DNA of 64,000 nucleotides from Lobosporangium transversale (Eukaryota). This document shows positions 38,497 to 52,441 of this stretch, in pieces. The DNA lies in contig NW_019029017.1 of NCBI RefSeq assembly GCF_002105155.1, positions 62,001-126,000 on the forward strand. Reading direction: 5' to 3'. The notes beneath the pieces are model-generated. The model was given only the letters and a program-made list of their open reading frames with translations, searched no databases and was not told the DNA's origin. Each line of letters begins with the position of its first letter. The first letter of the stretch is position 1. The position numbers were made by a program, and so were the translations under genes.

Positions 38497-39572
38497 ACTA
38501 TTTTAATATCGTGGTGTGCCGCAGGTTATACGTACCCTTTTTTGTTTGGATGAATCTAGAAATTTTTGCAGCCATTTAACTTCACACGCTTCTTGGGTGG
38601 CCAAATAATGAAGTTATTTGCACGGGGCTATTATTCAGTCTTTCAAATAAAATCCGCCTTTAATTGGTGGGCTTTTCTTTCAATAAAAACGTCAATAGAC
38701 AGGAAGCATTAGGATCACATAAATGTGTCTCTAACCATAACTATCATTGGGTTATGGCTGGATGTCACGATCAAAAAGGTATATTGAACTACAGTGGTAA
38801 GCCTTTTTTGTTGGATGTCAACAAGTTCAACAGAAGCTTCTGTGCTCCTCATCAACACAGGATTGTCCTCAGTAAACGAGACACAGGAGTTTTTACAGAT
38901 AAAACAAGAAAGAGGGGCCAAATAACGCTAGGTAGGTTGCCAAGCAAATCATGAGGGTGTTCCTTGCCAGCTGGGCTACCAAAGAGAGTTCTCAAAGTTG
39001 ATTATATTGGCACCTGGGCCAATTAGATTGATCTTTTTTTGAATATGTTGTTTTCTAATTGGAATTTAATTGCCGTACTTTGGGTGCGTTTTTGATATTG
39101 CTTTTTTGGATATTCATTAAGTAAAAAGGCACAACATTAGACATCATTACGTTTATGCTGCATGCGGTCATGCAAGAAAACAGTGCGCAGAATAAAGAAG
39201 AGCATCCTGTATTGCTTGAATTGGTTGGTCAACTGATCGTCAAAAAAGGGGAATCTATTTGGTTACTGAGAGTTGATCTGACAACCCCTATTATGAATTT
39301 TAAAAAAATTAGCATTACACACATTCTCGCTCAACACTGTTTTTACTTCTTTCTTCCATTGCCTATTATCTGTTCTTCTGGACTCGAAAAAGCTGTTGTC
39401 TACTGTTCGAAAAAGTCACCCTCACTCCCAGTACTTTATCGACATTATACAATCAATAAAAAAAGAAAAAAATCCTCCTGACTTCAATCATAAAGTAGTT
39501 TTTTTTTTTTTTTTTACCTTTCATACACCGTCATTCATCGTAAAAACAAAAGAAGAAAAAAGAAAAGACAAG

Positions 39573-40232
39573 ATGGTGTTTTGGAAAAGATCCCTTCCGC
39601 CAGTAACTCATGTGTATCAAGAGTCAATTGCCCACCGGGTCCGAGATATCTTGACTGGTACAGATCACCCTTCACAGAAACAGCGTGATAAGGCTGCTAT
39701 CAAAGCACTTCAACGACCAGAGGCTCTGGCAGGTGTGATCGAGATATTGAAGACGATGCCCGAGCCAGGTCCTCAAGCAGATGACTGGGGAAATAGTGCT
39801 GACGATTCATCATATGGAGAAGGGGAAGCAAAGCAAAAACAAAAACAAAGTCAAGGACAAGAACCAGTTCAACCTGTCCAAGCACTATTCAAGGAAAACG
39901 ATAACAAAAGCAACATCAAGAAAAGTGGCGATAATTCCAAAAACTCGAAGCCTAATGGAACAACCATTGTAGCAGCAACCACTATTGCGGCAGCAGCAGC
40001 GACTTCAGCAGCAGCAGCAGCTCTTGCTGTATCAAATAGAAAGAAAAATAGGTCCACCACTGTAAAGGAAAGTACTGTAACTGATAAAAACACAACCATC
40101 ACCACCAAGACGATTGTTCGCTTTCATCCTTCGAAGGATACAGTATCCAGTTGCGCGTAAGGATCCAAGAGATGTGGATGTCCATATGACGGTAGCAAGG
40201 AAATTCTATGCGGTACTGATCGTTAATCTTCG

Positions 40233-40279
<47 letters not shown>

Positions 40280-40604
40280 ATGTACATTCTGGCTTAGATA
40301 CTGGTGGGGATACGAGATCTTTATCCCACAGCCAGCTCTTTCGAGGATTGCATCTGCTCAGGATGTATCAACCGCTTTTCTTGGTTTCTTAAGTTCTGTG
40401 GGTTTGGTTGTTCCTGCAATTGTGCCATTTTTAGGATATATTGCTGCATATGTTGGACTTGAATTTGCAGTTATCAAAGCACAGAATGAGGGTAAAGGCG
40501 TTATCCTAGCAAGTACCTGGTTAGTACCAGTTGCACTCGTTCCTAGGGCTTGGGATGTACCAGATGATGATGATAATGTTGATAATAACAATGGTGGTGC
40601 CTAG
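39573..40604 (+). CDS. Uncharacterised protein with C-terminal YWWGYEI...GVILASTWLVPVALVPRAWD hydrophobic domain; 2 exons
   Basis: A GTAAGG donor (~40157) and TTAG acceptor (~40298) join ORFs 39396-40160 and 40398-40604 in frame. Confidence 0.75.
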
Positions 40605-40762
40605 CTTCATAATATTTTATCATAGTCAGAATAAAATGAGTGAAGAAAAATAGAAAAACGTATAATCAACAGATAATTTTAATTCTACATTACATTTGTC
40701 TATTTTTTTTTTTTTTATCACTACAATTCCCTTGCTCTTTCCTGAAATGAACAAATGGTGGT

Positions 40763-41963
40763 CTAAACGCCCAGGTTGGCCAGACGAGCGCTGGCAAGTT
40801 GACTCTTGACAAATTCCCTATCCACGTCATGACTGTCCTCGACCTCGCCCCAACGATCGATCTGGTCCAAGACCTCCAACTGGGCTGCTTTCCATGCCTT
40901 CTCCACTGACAAATGTCTCTTGACAACCGCCAGGCCAATCAAGAACGACTTGGCAGTCAATGTAGCTCGCTCAAAAGCTGAAAGGTCAATATCATTCATG
41001 CTGTTGACAATATCCCGTAGTTTTTGCTTCACTTCATCCGTCTGCTGGACATAAGTGATTCCCTGTGAGACTCGGATGTCAAGACCATATTCATCCTTAA
41101 CCCATTTCAGAATAGGATCCCAGTGCTCATGCTGGGCCTTGACGATTGAATCAGGGTAGTCTTGTTGATAGCAAACAGAGTCAGTGTCAAGGAACTTTAT
41201 TAAGCGATCCAAGGTATCCTTGCGCCCCTGTTCATTTCCTACAAAACCATCAATTGCTCTTGCAACTAGTGAGGTCTAAAAAAAATAAATAAAGGAGGTC
41301 CAATTAGGAATTGATGTGGTCACCGCTATTAGTATATTGTAACCTCCACTTCCGCATAGGGATTTGTTTGCAATACCATAGGCAGAGAGTGTGCCTTCAA
41401 TAGGGTTTTCTGACCATGCCACTCCCCTGCGATCATCAATGCGAGGTGTTCCTGATCCTTAGGAAGAGTTAATTGGTTTCCAGCAGGTGTTTTCAATATC
41501 CTCCCATCCAATGTTACAGCAACACGATCTATATTTTTTTTTTTTTTGACAGATCCATTCAATTATTAAGCAATAAGTTTTTTTAAAAAAAACATGCATT
41601 CTAAAGATATAAACGAGAAATGTGATTTGGACGCTGGTAACAATGTTCCAATCTCTGATACCTCCAAGGTTTTTCACGCCAGCCTTCTCCCAGAAGCGCT
41701 TTCCAGACACTTCAGCACCTATCATGAGCCAAAACATAAAAGAGGGGTGAAAGGATCAGATAAAAGTTGGAGGGTTATAGTTGGTCTATGTCATTATTAA
41801 CTTGTAAACTATATTCGCTATCGATAAACAAAGCATTGCTTAAACCATGACTCCACAAGGTGAACTTACGAGACATTTGATCTCTGAGAGGAGCACTCAG
41901 GTGCAATGGCCGAACTCCTGTCTTGGGTTGAGAAGCGATTCTTGAGATGAGAGTCCGCAACAT
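40763..41963 (-). CDS. ATP12: Mitochondrial F1-ATPase assembly chaperone Atp12 (ATPAF2); 4 exons
   Basis: Presequence MLRTLISR.., KRFWEKA, VTLDGRILKTP, IAGEW, FLDTDSVCY, WGEVEDSHDVD. Confidence 0.95.
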
Positions 41964-42182
41964 GATGTGTCGAAAATTAATAGCTGCTGAGGGAACAGTT
42001 ATCAAAAGATGTTCTTTGGAAGCAACCCTACATTTCTTGTTCTTGTGCCTGTCCGTGGCTTGTTTCATGTTGACAGCCAAAAGCTCCGGGCAAAGGAGGA
42101 CAAAGTCTCGGACGCTTTTTCATTCATTCACTCATACACACACAGGTTTTTTTTTTTATTTTTTTAAAAGCTTAATCGAACA

Positions 42183-43330
42183 ATGTCAAGGCAGCAGGTT
42201 CTCAGCGCTTACAGGAATCTTTTGAAAGCACAGCGACAGACATTCAAAGGTACTTTTGTCACAGCTTGAAACTTCCCAGGACTTTTTTTTTTCTATGTCT
42301 GTATACTGAACTAGCGTCCCTTACAAGAATCAAAAATTAACCGTCGATCTTTAATTTTATTATCCACAAAGGTGACTGGACAACACTTACAGGTACTTTC
42401 TTTTTCTGAAAATACGGATATGCAGGCAATTGTAGGACAGGAATGGAAAGATCAGGCAGACACCATGCAATATCACCTGGAGCCAAGAGCCAATCCTTCT
42501 TTAACTGGAATCGGTGTCATACAGTTTTATTACAGAACGTAAGCTCAGCTGGATTGATAAGTCTTCAAGAACAGGAATAGGGACATGAATAGGAATAAGC
42601 ATAGAGATAGAATAGAAGCAGAGATAGGAACAGGAGCAGAAGCAGGAGCATTAGCAGAAGCAGGAACATTAGCAGAAACAGGAGCAGATACCTTTGAAGC
42701 ACTTGTTCTTTTCTTTGTCTTTTTTTGCATGATTGGCGAGCAAAAGCCCTTGATTTTTCACATAAATCAATTTACACGGAAATGATGTCCTTGGACAAAT
42801 CGCTTATACTTGTCGATATTTACATTTATTTATTTATTTTTTTTTAAAAAAAAAAAAAAGCTGCCCGCCAGAAGACATATACCGAATTTGACAGCAAACG
42901 CAATGAGACAGATGAGGCAAAAATTAAACAGCAGCTCGAGCTTGCTAACCAGGTTGCTTCGCTCCTCCGCCACAACCTTGCTCAAGCCGTCCGCGTCGAG
43001 GGCTCAAATGACGTTTACTGTATGTATTTCTTTTTTTTTTTTTTTTTTTTTTATATTATATTATCTATTCTTCATTTATTGCTTATGATCAGTAGTCATA
43101 CATCCAAACCGCTGTCTAATTTTTTTTTTTTTTTTTTTTTTTTTTTGTGTTGTACCAACTTTTCCTTATTCTCAACAGCATTAAAATTGACGGAGGAGCA
43201 CGAATTGGGCGATAATGAGACTCTGAGACAGGCATCCAAGATGCGCAGACTCAAAAATAAGGAAGCTGGTGCTAACGCTAACACAGCAACAAGTGGTGGA
43301 TGCGGGTCTCCTTCATGCTGCTCTGCATAA
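42183..43330 (+). CDS. MZM1: LYR-motif complex III assembly factor Mzm1/LYRM7; 4 exons including a 21-nt microexon (42372-42392)
   Basis: Spliced MSRQQVLSAYRNLLKAQRQTFKG|DWTTLT|AARQK..VASLLRHNLAQAV..|LKLTEEHELGDNETLR. Confidence 0.9.
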
Positions 43331-43821
43331 TAATAATAAAATAGAAAAAAAAAGAAAATGAGAAACCCTTGTAGTAGTATACTTTGCAGTAGAAAATAAG
43401 AAAGAAACATCGTGCAGAAGAGTATTTTGGTCCTATTTCCACATGTATCATACAAACAGTTAGCAATAGACAAAAATACAGATATCTCAGTCTATCGATC
43501 TAGGCAGGAGGAGACAATAAAAAATAAGTCTCTTCGATTACAAATGCTGTAGATCTTGATAAGATTTTATGTTATTGCTACTTCTTTCATGGTCTTCCCT
43601 TCCACGATTTATTTATTTCAGATCAAAATTGCCTTGTCGTGGCAAGGGTGGGTATATCGAACCTGACAAGAGCTTAATGAAGTGAGAAAATGGTGAAAGC
43701 GAGGGAGGAAAAAAAGAAAAATAAAATAAAATAAAAAAAAAAAAAAAAAAATAAAGAAAAAAATAAAAAAAAATAAAAAAAAGTAAAAAAAAAAAAAAAA
43801 AAAAGAAAAAGAAAAAGAATT

Positions 43822-46800
43822 TTACTCGTAGACGCTGACTGTCAGTTCATCATAAGTTGAACAAACCGCAAGAACAAGTGTCATATCAGAGCGATGTAGA
43901 CCTAACAATGGAGCTACAGATTCGAGAGTCGGATAAACCTTCACCATATTCTGATCGCGGGCGATGGACGACAGCATACGGCTGCACTGATATAGTTGAT
44001 GTAGTCGGTCTTCCAGATAATTTAAACACTTGAAAAAGCAGACGATAAAAAATTTGCAAACAGCGTTAATGTGCGAGTTGTATCACTCCTGTAATAATAG
44101 AGATAAAGACAATAAGACAGCTTACTTGTTCTGCGGTGAGTCCATTATGGGCTAGATCCATCATTTGGTGCAACGTTTCATCTATGAAAGAACTAGCAGC
44201 AGTGTGCGGTAGTCGTGTGACAGGCTCTCCTCTTAGATCAATTGGGCCACCAAGTCCGCCACCAATTCCACCGCCCGAACCTGCACGTAAATCACCTGCG
44301 TTGAAGACAGTGGGGAGTTGAGGTAGAGGCTTTGCGCAGAAGATGTTGCACTTCATCGTATTGGTATCTGCAACAATACAGACCGTGGATGCTATACGTT
44401 CCTGGATCTCAAAGTGTCGCATAGTATCTCTCATGTCAGTTTCCATGAAATGCTGAAAATCAAACTTTGGTACACCCATTAGCGCAAAATCTGACATGTA
44501 CCGATCGCAGTAAGGCGCCATTAATGATCGACCATATGATTTGCAAAATAGGACATCGGCCGGGATGAGCTTTTCCTCAACTGGTGCGCCGTTGGTAGGC
44601 GAGGCCATAGAAGTTGAGGGAAATGGAGGAAACGAGCATACAATGCGCGAGGCTGGTAGCGGCACATTTGTAAGCACATCTTGAGCAGAGCAACTAGGAT
44701 CATGAGTGCTTCTTGGTGGATCAATTCCTAAATTCTCCGATGATAATGTCTTTGATCGTGAGGTATCGACGCGAAGATGGTGGTTTGGCGCGTGTTGCGC
44801 CTGCACCTGCTGAGGTCCGTTTTCTTCACCCGTTGCAGACACTCGATCTGAATCAGGACGACTCTCAATCGTAGTTGGGGTCGTAGGTTGGGAGTGAAAA
44901 GGTGTGGATTCTGTCGATACAGAGTCTTTGGTTTCAATCCGTGGTCTAACAGAGTCAAACGTAGGCCTCCGAGAAACGGAGGACGCGAGAGGCCGATCTC
45001 GCTCATTCTGATTATGGTGAGGTATGATCGGCGTTGTAGGCTCTCCAATAGATGCTAGGCGAGAAGAGGCAGATGCACGCGAAACAGAAGACCCACGTCC
45101 TGCAAAGGTATCGATTCTAGGGCGCTTTGGTATACTGATCGATCGTATTAAGGTGGCAGGACTACCACTCTCATGGTCTTCTGGCAGATCATAAGTTGGG
45201 GGTGGCGGTGGATTAAGAAGCGAATCGGGGTCCTCTTTGAATTCGGTCAAGCGTTGGAAAACTTCATTACACCGGATAAAGTAGCTGAGAATGTAAAGAA
45301 GCCGTCGAACGAAGCTGGCATTGGAGCCTACCACTATTGTTCGACTGATCCTAGATGTGGTACCGATATTACCATAAAGATCGCTCAACTGAGCCCACAA
45401 CGGATCATAAGCTCCTTGAGCATTAGCCTATAGAGTAATTGTGACGAAGCGCATCTGATTAGTACGCAGTAAACTAGTAAGGCCACAAGATAGTTAAATG
45501 TATGCTATGAAGTGTACAGTACACGAATCAAAGACTGATCTGTTGGAGCAATAGTCGGGACCCACGATGTATGGTAGCTTAATACCGCAGAGATGACCTC
45601 TGATACTAGCTGTCCTGAGGCTGGACTTTCTTCCATAAGATGAATGAGTTCTGTCATAAATGATGCCGAATAGGATGCCCGTTTACTCGGGTATGTATTA
45701 ATATTGAGCCATAATGGAGCCTATAGTTCGTAGAATATAATCTGAGGTCAGCCGCTACCCATTTCTCTAGCGTCCAGAGGGATCGAGAGAAAACCGCCAT
45801 CAGCACTTACCTGGATGCGTGGCGCGCTGTATAGTTGGTAAATCGCTTGCTGAAGTCTACTCACTGCCTCCTGAAGTCTCGGGTCCTGTTGAAATGACAG
45901 CCTCGTAAGATCTGGTATTGAGCGCACATGTCCGCTTCCGGACAAACCTGCTTTCTGTAAAATGATAATGATAATAATAATAGATAGATAAGAGAATGTA
46001 ATAAAAAGAGTATATTGTACATATGCCAGAGCAGCTCTTCATCAGTGATAGTATGATGAGGATTCTTAACGTCTTTGGCGATACATACAGCATTTATCAG
46101 CCTGCGACAAACTGGTAATAGTAGTTCTAGGCATAGTGCTTGAAGCTGATGTAAACGAGTCTCAATCACAGCGAAATGTGAAAATACGAACTCCCGTAGC
46201 CGAGTGTTATTGTTGACTTCGATGAACACAGCGATTGAAAATGATTTTGAGCGTGCGGCTTGAGTTAATGCAGGCTACCATGAATATTTGTCAACAAATC
46301 AAAAAGACAAAATCGTTGAGTTCTCAGTTGTATTGGGTATACAATGGTCTATAAAGCTATTGACCACTGTCATAGTGTCATCAAGGGTGCGGTATACCTT
46401 CGCGTTTCCAAGACTATCTAGATGTGAAAACGAGCTAGGTAGTGGCATTGGATTGAATGTTCCATTTTCCATACTAGTTTGACTAGCGCGTCTTAATCTT
46501 CGAACATCAAATCCTGGACGTGAAGTCCGTGTCCGAAGAGGCGACGCATTGGGTAATGATGAAGATACTGCACCATTTTTAGATTCCTCCCGTGTGTAGG
46601 CTGATTCGGGTATAAAGGCTGTCATAGGTCGTGACGCTCGAGGGTGCGATCGATAGTCGCCATGCCCACTTATTGTTGACAACCCAGTTATTTCTACTGT
46701 GTTATTGCTATTATTAGAAGAAAATGATCCCCTGCGTGTTGAAGCTACAGTGTAAGCCATAACGTCTGTAGGATGGATGCTAAATGTCTTTGTCAGCATG

Positions 46801-47692
46801 ATCTGCATGGGTTCGTTCAAGAGATGGATCTTTGTTGAAGAGCCCTTATAAGCAAGTGGAGTGGTGCCAAACATGAGCTTTGGGATGATAGAGGGGATCT
46901 AATAGATATCAAGAAACGAAGAAGAAAAGGTGAAAAAAGGAAGCATTGAGGAGATGAGACGAATAGTCCATCCATGTGCGACGCGTTTGCCTAACTGAAT
47001 GTGATCTGGCGTCATGAGTGGAGTGATAAATATATCCTTCAATCATCATGTCAACCCCTGACTTCAGTTGTATTCTTGAGTGTGAAATGACTCCTGTGAC
47101 GAATAAGAAAACTCTTTTTATTGCTCCATCCGTTCCTGAAGGATTAATTTTATCAACTAATATAATGTATGTAAAAAGAACTTACAAGTTTTGTAGGTCG
47201 CCTACTGGGCACAGTTTGGCTGCCCAAGAGGTTAATGGGTAATGAGCGATCACTCCGTAGTGACCCGAAGAGACTGTTCATGCTGCTACTTTTGAAAGAA
47301 CTCCTGGCTGGGGAAGGGGGCATATCTACGGGATTGTATTCTGATGATAAGACTTGTTGGCTGTCAAAAAGAACAACGTCCTGGATAGAGTTGACTTCTT
47401 GGCACATCAACACCCTGATCTCCTGAGTTCCGAATGGAGGCAGGTTCCAGCTGTTTTACGTATTTTTATTAATATTGTTGTCATTGTATTATTATCATTG
47501 CCATTATTTTAAATGGTGATTAACATTGAAGAATGGACGAAGAATGTTTGCGATTGAGTTAGATGTAATTACTAACTACCCATTTTCTGAAGAATGAATA
47601 AAGGATCTGACATTGTCCAATTCAGAGTTGCCCTGTTTAATCGGACGGGATTTGGATCCCAAAGTTGGACTAGGGCGTAATTAGGCACACTG

Positions 47693-47723
<31 letters not shown>

Positions 47724-47895
47724 CTGCACGTGTGGACAATGCAACAGTAGATAATGAAAAGTAGAGAAGAAAAAAAGAATGCGACACTTGCCATTCTTGT
47801 TCCAGTAATTCGCGTGTATGTTTGTCCTCGAGATCTTTAGCCGAGAAACTTTTACTAAAAAACTTTAGCATTCTCCAGGATGGCTCTGTAGTCAT
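43822..47895 (-). CDS. Folliculin-interacting protein FNIP/Lst4-like (longin + DENN); multi-exon
   Basis: WNLPPF..IRVLM..LFDS, MFGTTPLAYKGSSTKIH, FVFSHFAVIETRL, LYSAPRIQ, YHTSWVPT, YDPLWAQLSDLYG, LLYILSYFIRCNEV, YGRSLM, CIVADT, LEDRL. Start codon and the exon near 47000 are uncertain. Confidence 0.88.
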
Positions 47896-48477
47896 AAGAT
47901 CGCAGAATTAGTTTTGACGGTGTTTTACCGATGCTGTAGAGTGAGAAAAGAAGTGAAAGGTTCTTTGTGGGTTGAAATTTGGACAGAATAGCCAAGGAGA
48001 CTCGGGAGAAGCGAGGCAAAAGTGAAATGACAGAAAGGAGAGGAGGAAGAGGAGGAGAAGGACTGAAAAATAGAAGTATGCCTTTGCCTGCGGTTACTTG
48101 CAGTTGTGAAGTATTATTATAATTACTATTATTGGTTATTATGATTTATTATGGGAGAGGAAAGGTTGTGTTCAAGAATAGTCAAAAGGAGGAGTGAGAG
48201 AGATGGATGAAGGAAACAAGCAAGTAAATAGGCAGGAAGAAAGAGCAAAGATAGAAGAGCAAGTAAAAAGATGGAAGGAAGAAAGGAAACAGGAAATACG
48301 GGAGGAAAGAGAGCCAGGATCGTAGCTGGCGTTGGAGCTGTAATTGCATTCATGTTCATGTATTCAGATATTCATACACAATAGATTCAAAGCGCGTTCT
48401 GGCTGATAGTGACCTCCGGACATACAACCCGTATTTACAGCACTTTCACTCACACGTCGAAAAAAACGTAATAAGGA

Positions 48478-48532
48478 TTCATTCCATTTCATTCCATTTC
48501 TTTCATTCACATTCATTCATTCATTCATTCAC
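48478..48532. repeat. (TCAT/TTCAT)n microsatellite
   Basis: Direct reading. Confidence 0.75.
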
Positions 48533-48565
48533 GAACACCAATATTGATATTTTTTTATTCTAAAA

Positions 48566-48599
<34 letters not shown>

Positions 48600-50260
48600 A
48601 CACGAGGAGAGGGGAGGGCGGGATGGTACGGCGAGTCGCTAGTTGTATTATTACGGTAGAATTAGTTTAGTGTTAGAAAAACGATTGTTGATAATGATGC
48701 TGAATGGTACTTTTCTCCTCCAGTCTATGAGCTTTCTCGTAAGGATCAAATGGACGGATGAAAAAGAGACAGACAATGTGTGCTGATTGGTTCCTTGTCA
48801 GAGTCTATTCAATTCCAGTCAAAGGAAAAGAAAAAAAGAAATTCAATACACATACAACTTATTCTTGTCCCTTTTCAAAAGAAAAACCCCCTCTACCCCA
48901 GCCTGCCATGTGGCTATTTTTTTTTTTCCTGGGTGTGGTCAGGGTCTACCTCCGTAGTCTAACCTGAACTGTCACTTGAGAAGACAGATGATTGAAGGAG
49001 GAAGGTCGACAGTGCAGGGTTTTGCAGTCGAATGATTAATATAATCAATTCATTTTTACTTTACTTCAATCTATACCATGTTGCTGTTCAACTAAAAAAG
49101 AAATCGATCACTTGCTGCATGTTGACGATAGATGCAGAGATCCTGTTTATGGATATCTGGAATCCAGTCGCAGAATTCATTTTCTATATGAAAATATCAG
49201 AGCCATCATAGATATCCGAGTTTTTGGAATCAGCAACGTCTCGACGATGGTCAGCCTTCACACCTTTCAGGTTATTAAGAGCTGAAGAGTTAATACGCAT
49301 ATTTGTGGCATAGCTCCTGATCGTCGTCTGGCGAGAATACATCGAGCAAACAGTAATCAATTGACCTGGATAACTCGCCACCATATTTAAATTGCTTTTG
49401 TGAGTCAAACTGTCCTGGTCTTGGCTTTGATGGATGGATTTAAATGATATGCCCAGTGGTTTTTTTTATGTCTCCTGGGTTTAGATTACATTGGTCCTAC
49501 AGGGAATTAGTTTTTTTTTTTTTTTTTTTTGTTATAATTCCTACAGAGAATTAGTGTCTGTCTTAAAAGTACGCCTGATGGATTTTTGGAAGTCTTGTTA
49601 TGGCCACTATCACCGCCATCAGCACATATCGGACGTCTGATCACAAGATATGGAAGGTCATTAACCGGATTGGGACCAGCGTTGGATGTAGACTCTGGTG
49701 GTATGATGCTTTGCAGGAGTGCATAGTCGTATTTCATGATCACTTTTAGCCCTGATACTGTAGTAATGGTTCAACTGTGATTTCGACAAGGACATACAGA
49801 GTGGCGAATACCCTTTGCTGCTTATACTGATGTCCCAGTCTGGTTTGTTTGTGGGATGAATGGGGTGAGAGTATGTACATAGGAAAGCCAGGCTATAAGC
49901 ACATTCCTTTTTATTCTAAACCTAAACTCTTTGTTCGATGCCCGAAAGATCGACAAAGAGAATGTATGACAGCGACCACAAAAGGCTGCAAGTCAATACG
50001 GGATTTATGGTTGCGAGTTGAATCATGTGTAGGCGCGCAAAGAAAAAAGGTATAGCCATGAATAATGGCAGTGATAGGGGACCAAGGCAAAGGCGTATGC
50101 ATTGCGGTGCCCAAATGCCTTTTTGACAATTTTGCACTAATTGAAGGCTGAAAGGCTTTGGGAAGGGCTGTGAAGAAACTAAGAGTTCTCCTAATTCCTC
50201 TTCTGTTATTGCATCATCATTTTTATTCTCATTCTGATTCACATCCGCACAGTTTATGAC

Positions 50261-52191
50261 ATGGAGTCGATCCCTTCTTCCTTTGACCATGTTTTTTCCA
50301 TCCCAGAACTGGCAACTCATGTTGGTCAGTATTTGCGACCCTTTGAGCTGAGAACGCTGTCCCTCCTCTCTAGGACCCTCTTCAACACCTTTAGACCATC
50401 ACTACGACTCTCAATCTCATCCTTGACATTTACTTCCTCTTCAGGCGAAATAAACAATATCCGATCGACATCGATCTTTTGCCCTCAAGATATCAGTTCC
50501 TTAGCACCCCGCACTCGAGCATTGAAATTGGATCTTCATCATGAAGATGACTGCCCTAAACAAACGGCTCTACTAGATACAGTCTTCAGACACTGGGGAA
50601 GCACCGAACAGAGGAGACACCTTTCTTCACTCCATATTGAGTATTGGGGCAATGAAAGCAGTGTTCTACATAAAGTCATAGTCAATATTCCGATGATCCA
50701 AGATCTATCCGTTACATTCATGGCTGCTATGGAGGTTAATGTGCTGCCAAATACTCTCATTGATTTAAGTAAAACAATGGGTCCACTGGCTTTAAAAACG
50801 CTTATACTCGAAAGCAGAATCCAGAATAGAAGCAAGTATATAGGCTGGTCAGCATTCACACGTATGTTACAAGCGTGTCCAGATCTTCAGGAACTCAATT
50901 TCAAGAATATCCCATTTGCTGCTGTTGATATGCGTGGTGACATTGAGAACGACGATGTTATTGATGAGGACAACAGTGAAAACGCTGATATTCATAACAT
51001 TAAAAATATGGATTTGAAGCCCCAGTTCATGACAGTTACGCGATCTTTCCCGTCTATGAATAGTCTAAAGTTTTGGAGCTGTACTATCACCATGAAGCAA
51101 ATCGTTAGTATGGATAAACTCTTCCCAAGGCTTCAAAAACTAGAAGTGAGGAGCAATACCGAGGCATGGACTGAGGCTCTGACTAAGCACGCTGCTATCC
51201 GTTCTACAACAACCCCAAGCACCAGCACAAATTTCAATATAAAGCAGGCTATTTTTCAAGAGCTGAAAAGTCTTACAATTTGGATTGAGCATCAAAGTGG
51301 TCGCATACGACTCATGGATCTCGTTCAAGGTCGGCCCTATCTAACAAGCCTCAGAACCGATCTGCTGCCGACGCTCAGGAATGGCCTCCTGGAGTTTGCA
51401 GAGTATTGTTCCAGTTTAAATAATCCTAGTCCTGGTTCAACCACAGAGACCACGGATACTTCATCGCCTTATCCTGTTGCCAATGCGGCAACTAATGTAA
51501 GACATAAGTTCAAGCGTCTAGCCATCCAGACTTACGCAAGCCCACCCATGTCAACTGAGGCTTTAGAGAGGTTTTACGGAGCTTCATGTTTCCAGGAATT
51601 GGAGTATATTTTTATACAGGCTGTAATGTGGTTTAGTCCTTTATTATCTTTATTTTACTTTTTTGTTGTAATTTCAGAGAGACTTATTGCTTCAAATTTC
51701 TGGGCTGTTATCTATAGCGACCCTTGACGATGAATCTATTCCCATTTGCAAGAACCCTCAAAAGCCTCGAGCTCGGAGGACATCATGCCCCAATGAATGA
51801 TATTGAGTGTACCACCCTGAACGAGATCCTACAACGACTACCTGCACTTGAAAACTTAAGGATCGAACGATATCTGGAGAACTATAGCTTATTTTCAGGG
51901 TTGGGGTTCAATGATGGACCATTTCTTCATGAACTCAAAGTTTACATTTATCATAAGGCAGGAAATGCTGTTATACCTCAAAATGAAAAGATGGAGGTAT
52001 TTGATTTGGACTTACTTGAGCGGCAGGTGTTAGAGAGATTCAGATTATTGGAAAGATTGAAGCTCGGCGTCCATCGTTCTTTGAGTTTACCAGAGCCCGA
52101 TGTTCTTAAGCAATGGAGAGGAACCCTCTGGGAGAAGCGTGGTTGCAAAATACCGCAAATTGACTTTGTGGTCCGATACGATGCCATCTGA
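50261..52191 (+). CDS. Divergent F-box-like/LRR (RNI-like) protein; 2 exons
   Basis: VFSIPELATHVGQYL N-terminus, CPDLQEL/FPRLQKL/LPALENL repeats; phase-0 intron ~51623-51717. Confidence 0.75.
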
Positions 52192-52222
52192 ATGAATCCA
52201 GTTGATCACAGATAAACCATAA

Positions 52223-52441
52223 TTACACAATTAAATATGTATTTCTTGAGTAAACACTTAATTTTGAAATTTTTTTTGTTATTGATGAAGAGAGAGAGTA
52301 ATATAGAGATATAAGAGGTTCGGCGTACAACTCGGAGGTAGTGCAATACCGAGGACACCAGTGCCGGCCCAGATAGCGAGCCAGAGCTGGGCTAGCGAGT
52401 ATCAAAAATAAAAATAATCGATTGGCGATCGTAATCGCCAT
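52223..52441 (-). CDS. Possible small secreted peptide (72 aa)
   Basis: Signal-peptide-like MAITIANRLFLFLILASPALA with an ALA cleavage site, a CPRYC motif, and TATAAA ~100 bp upstream. Confidence 0.3.
   Translation of the reverse strand: MAITIANRLFLFLILASPALARYLGRHWCPRYCTTSELYAEPLISLYYSLSSSITKKISKLSVYSRNTYLIV

Noticed and set aside
47032..47040. ATATCCTTC, a U12 AT-AC donor consensus
   Set aside because: It lies on the strand opposite to the FNIP gene
49184..49743. Short minus-strand ORFs, possible gene relic
   Set aside because: No recognisable motifs or consistent splice structure
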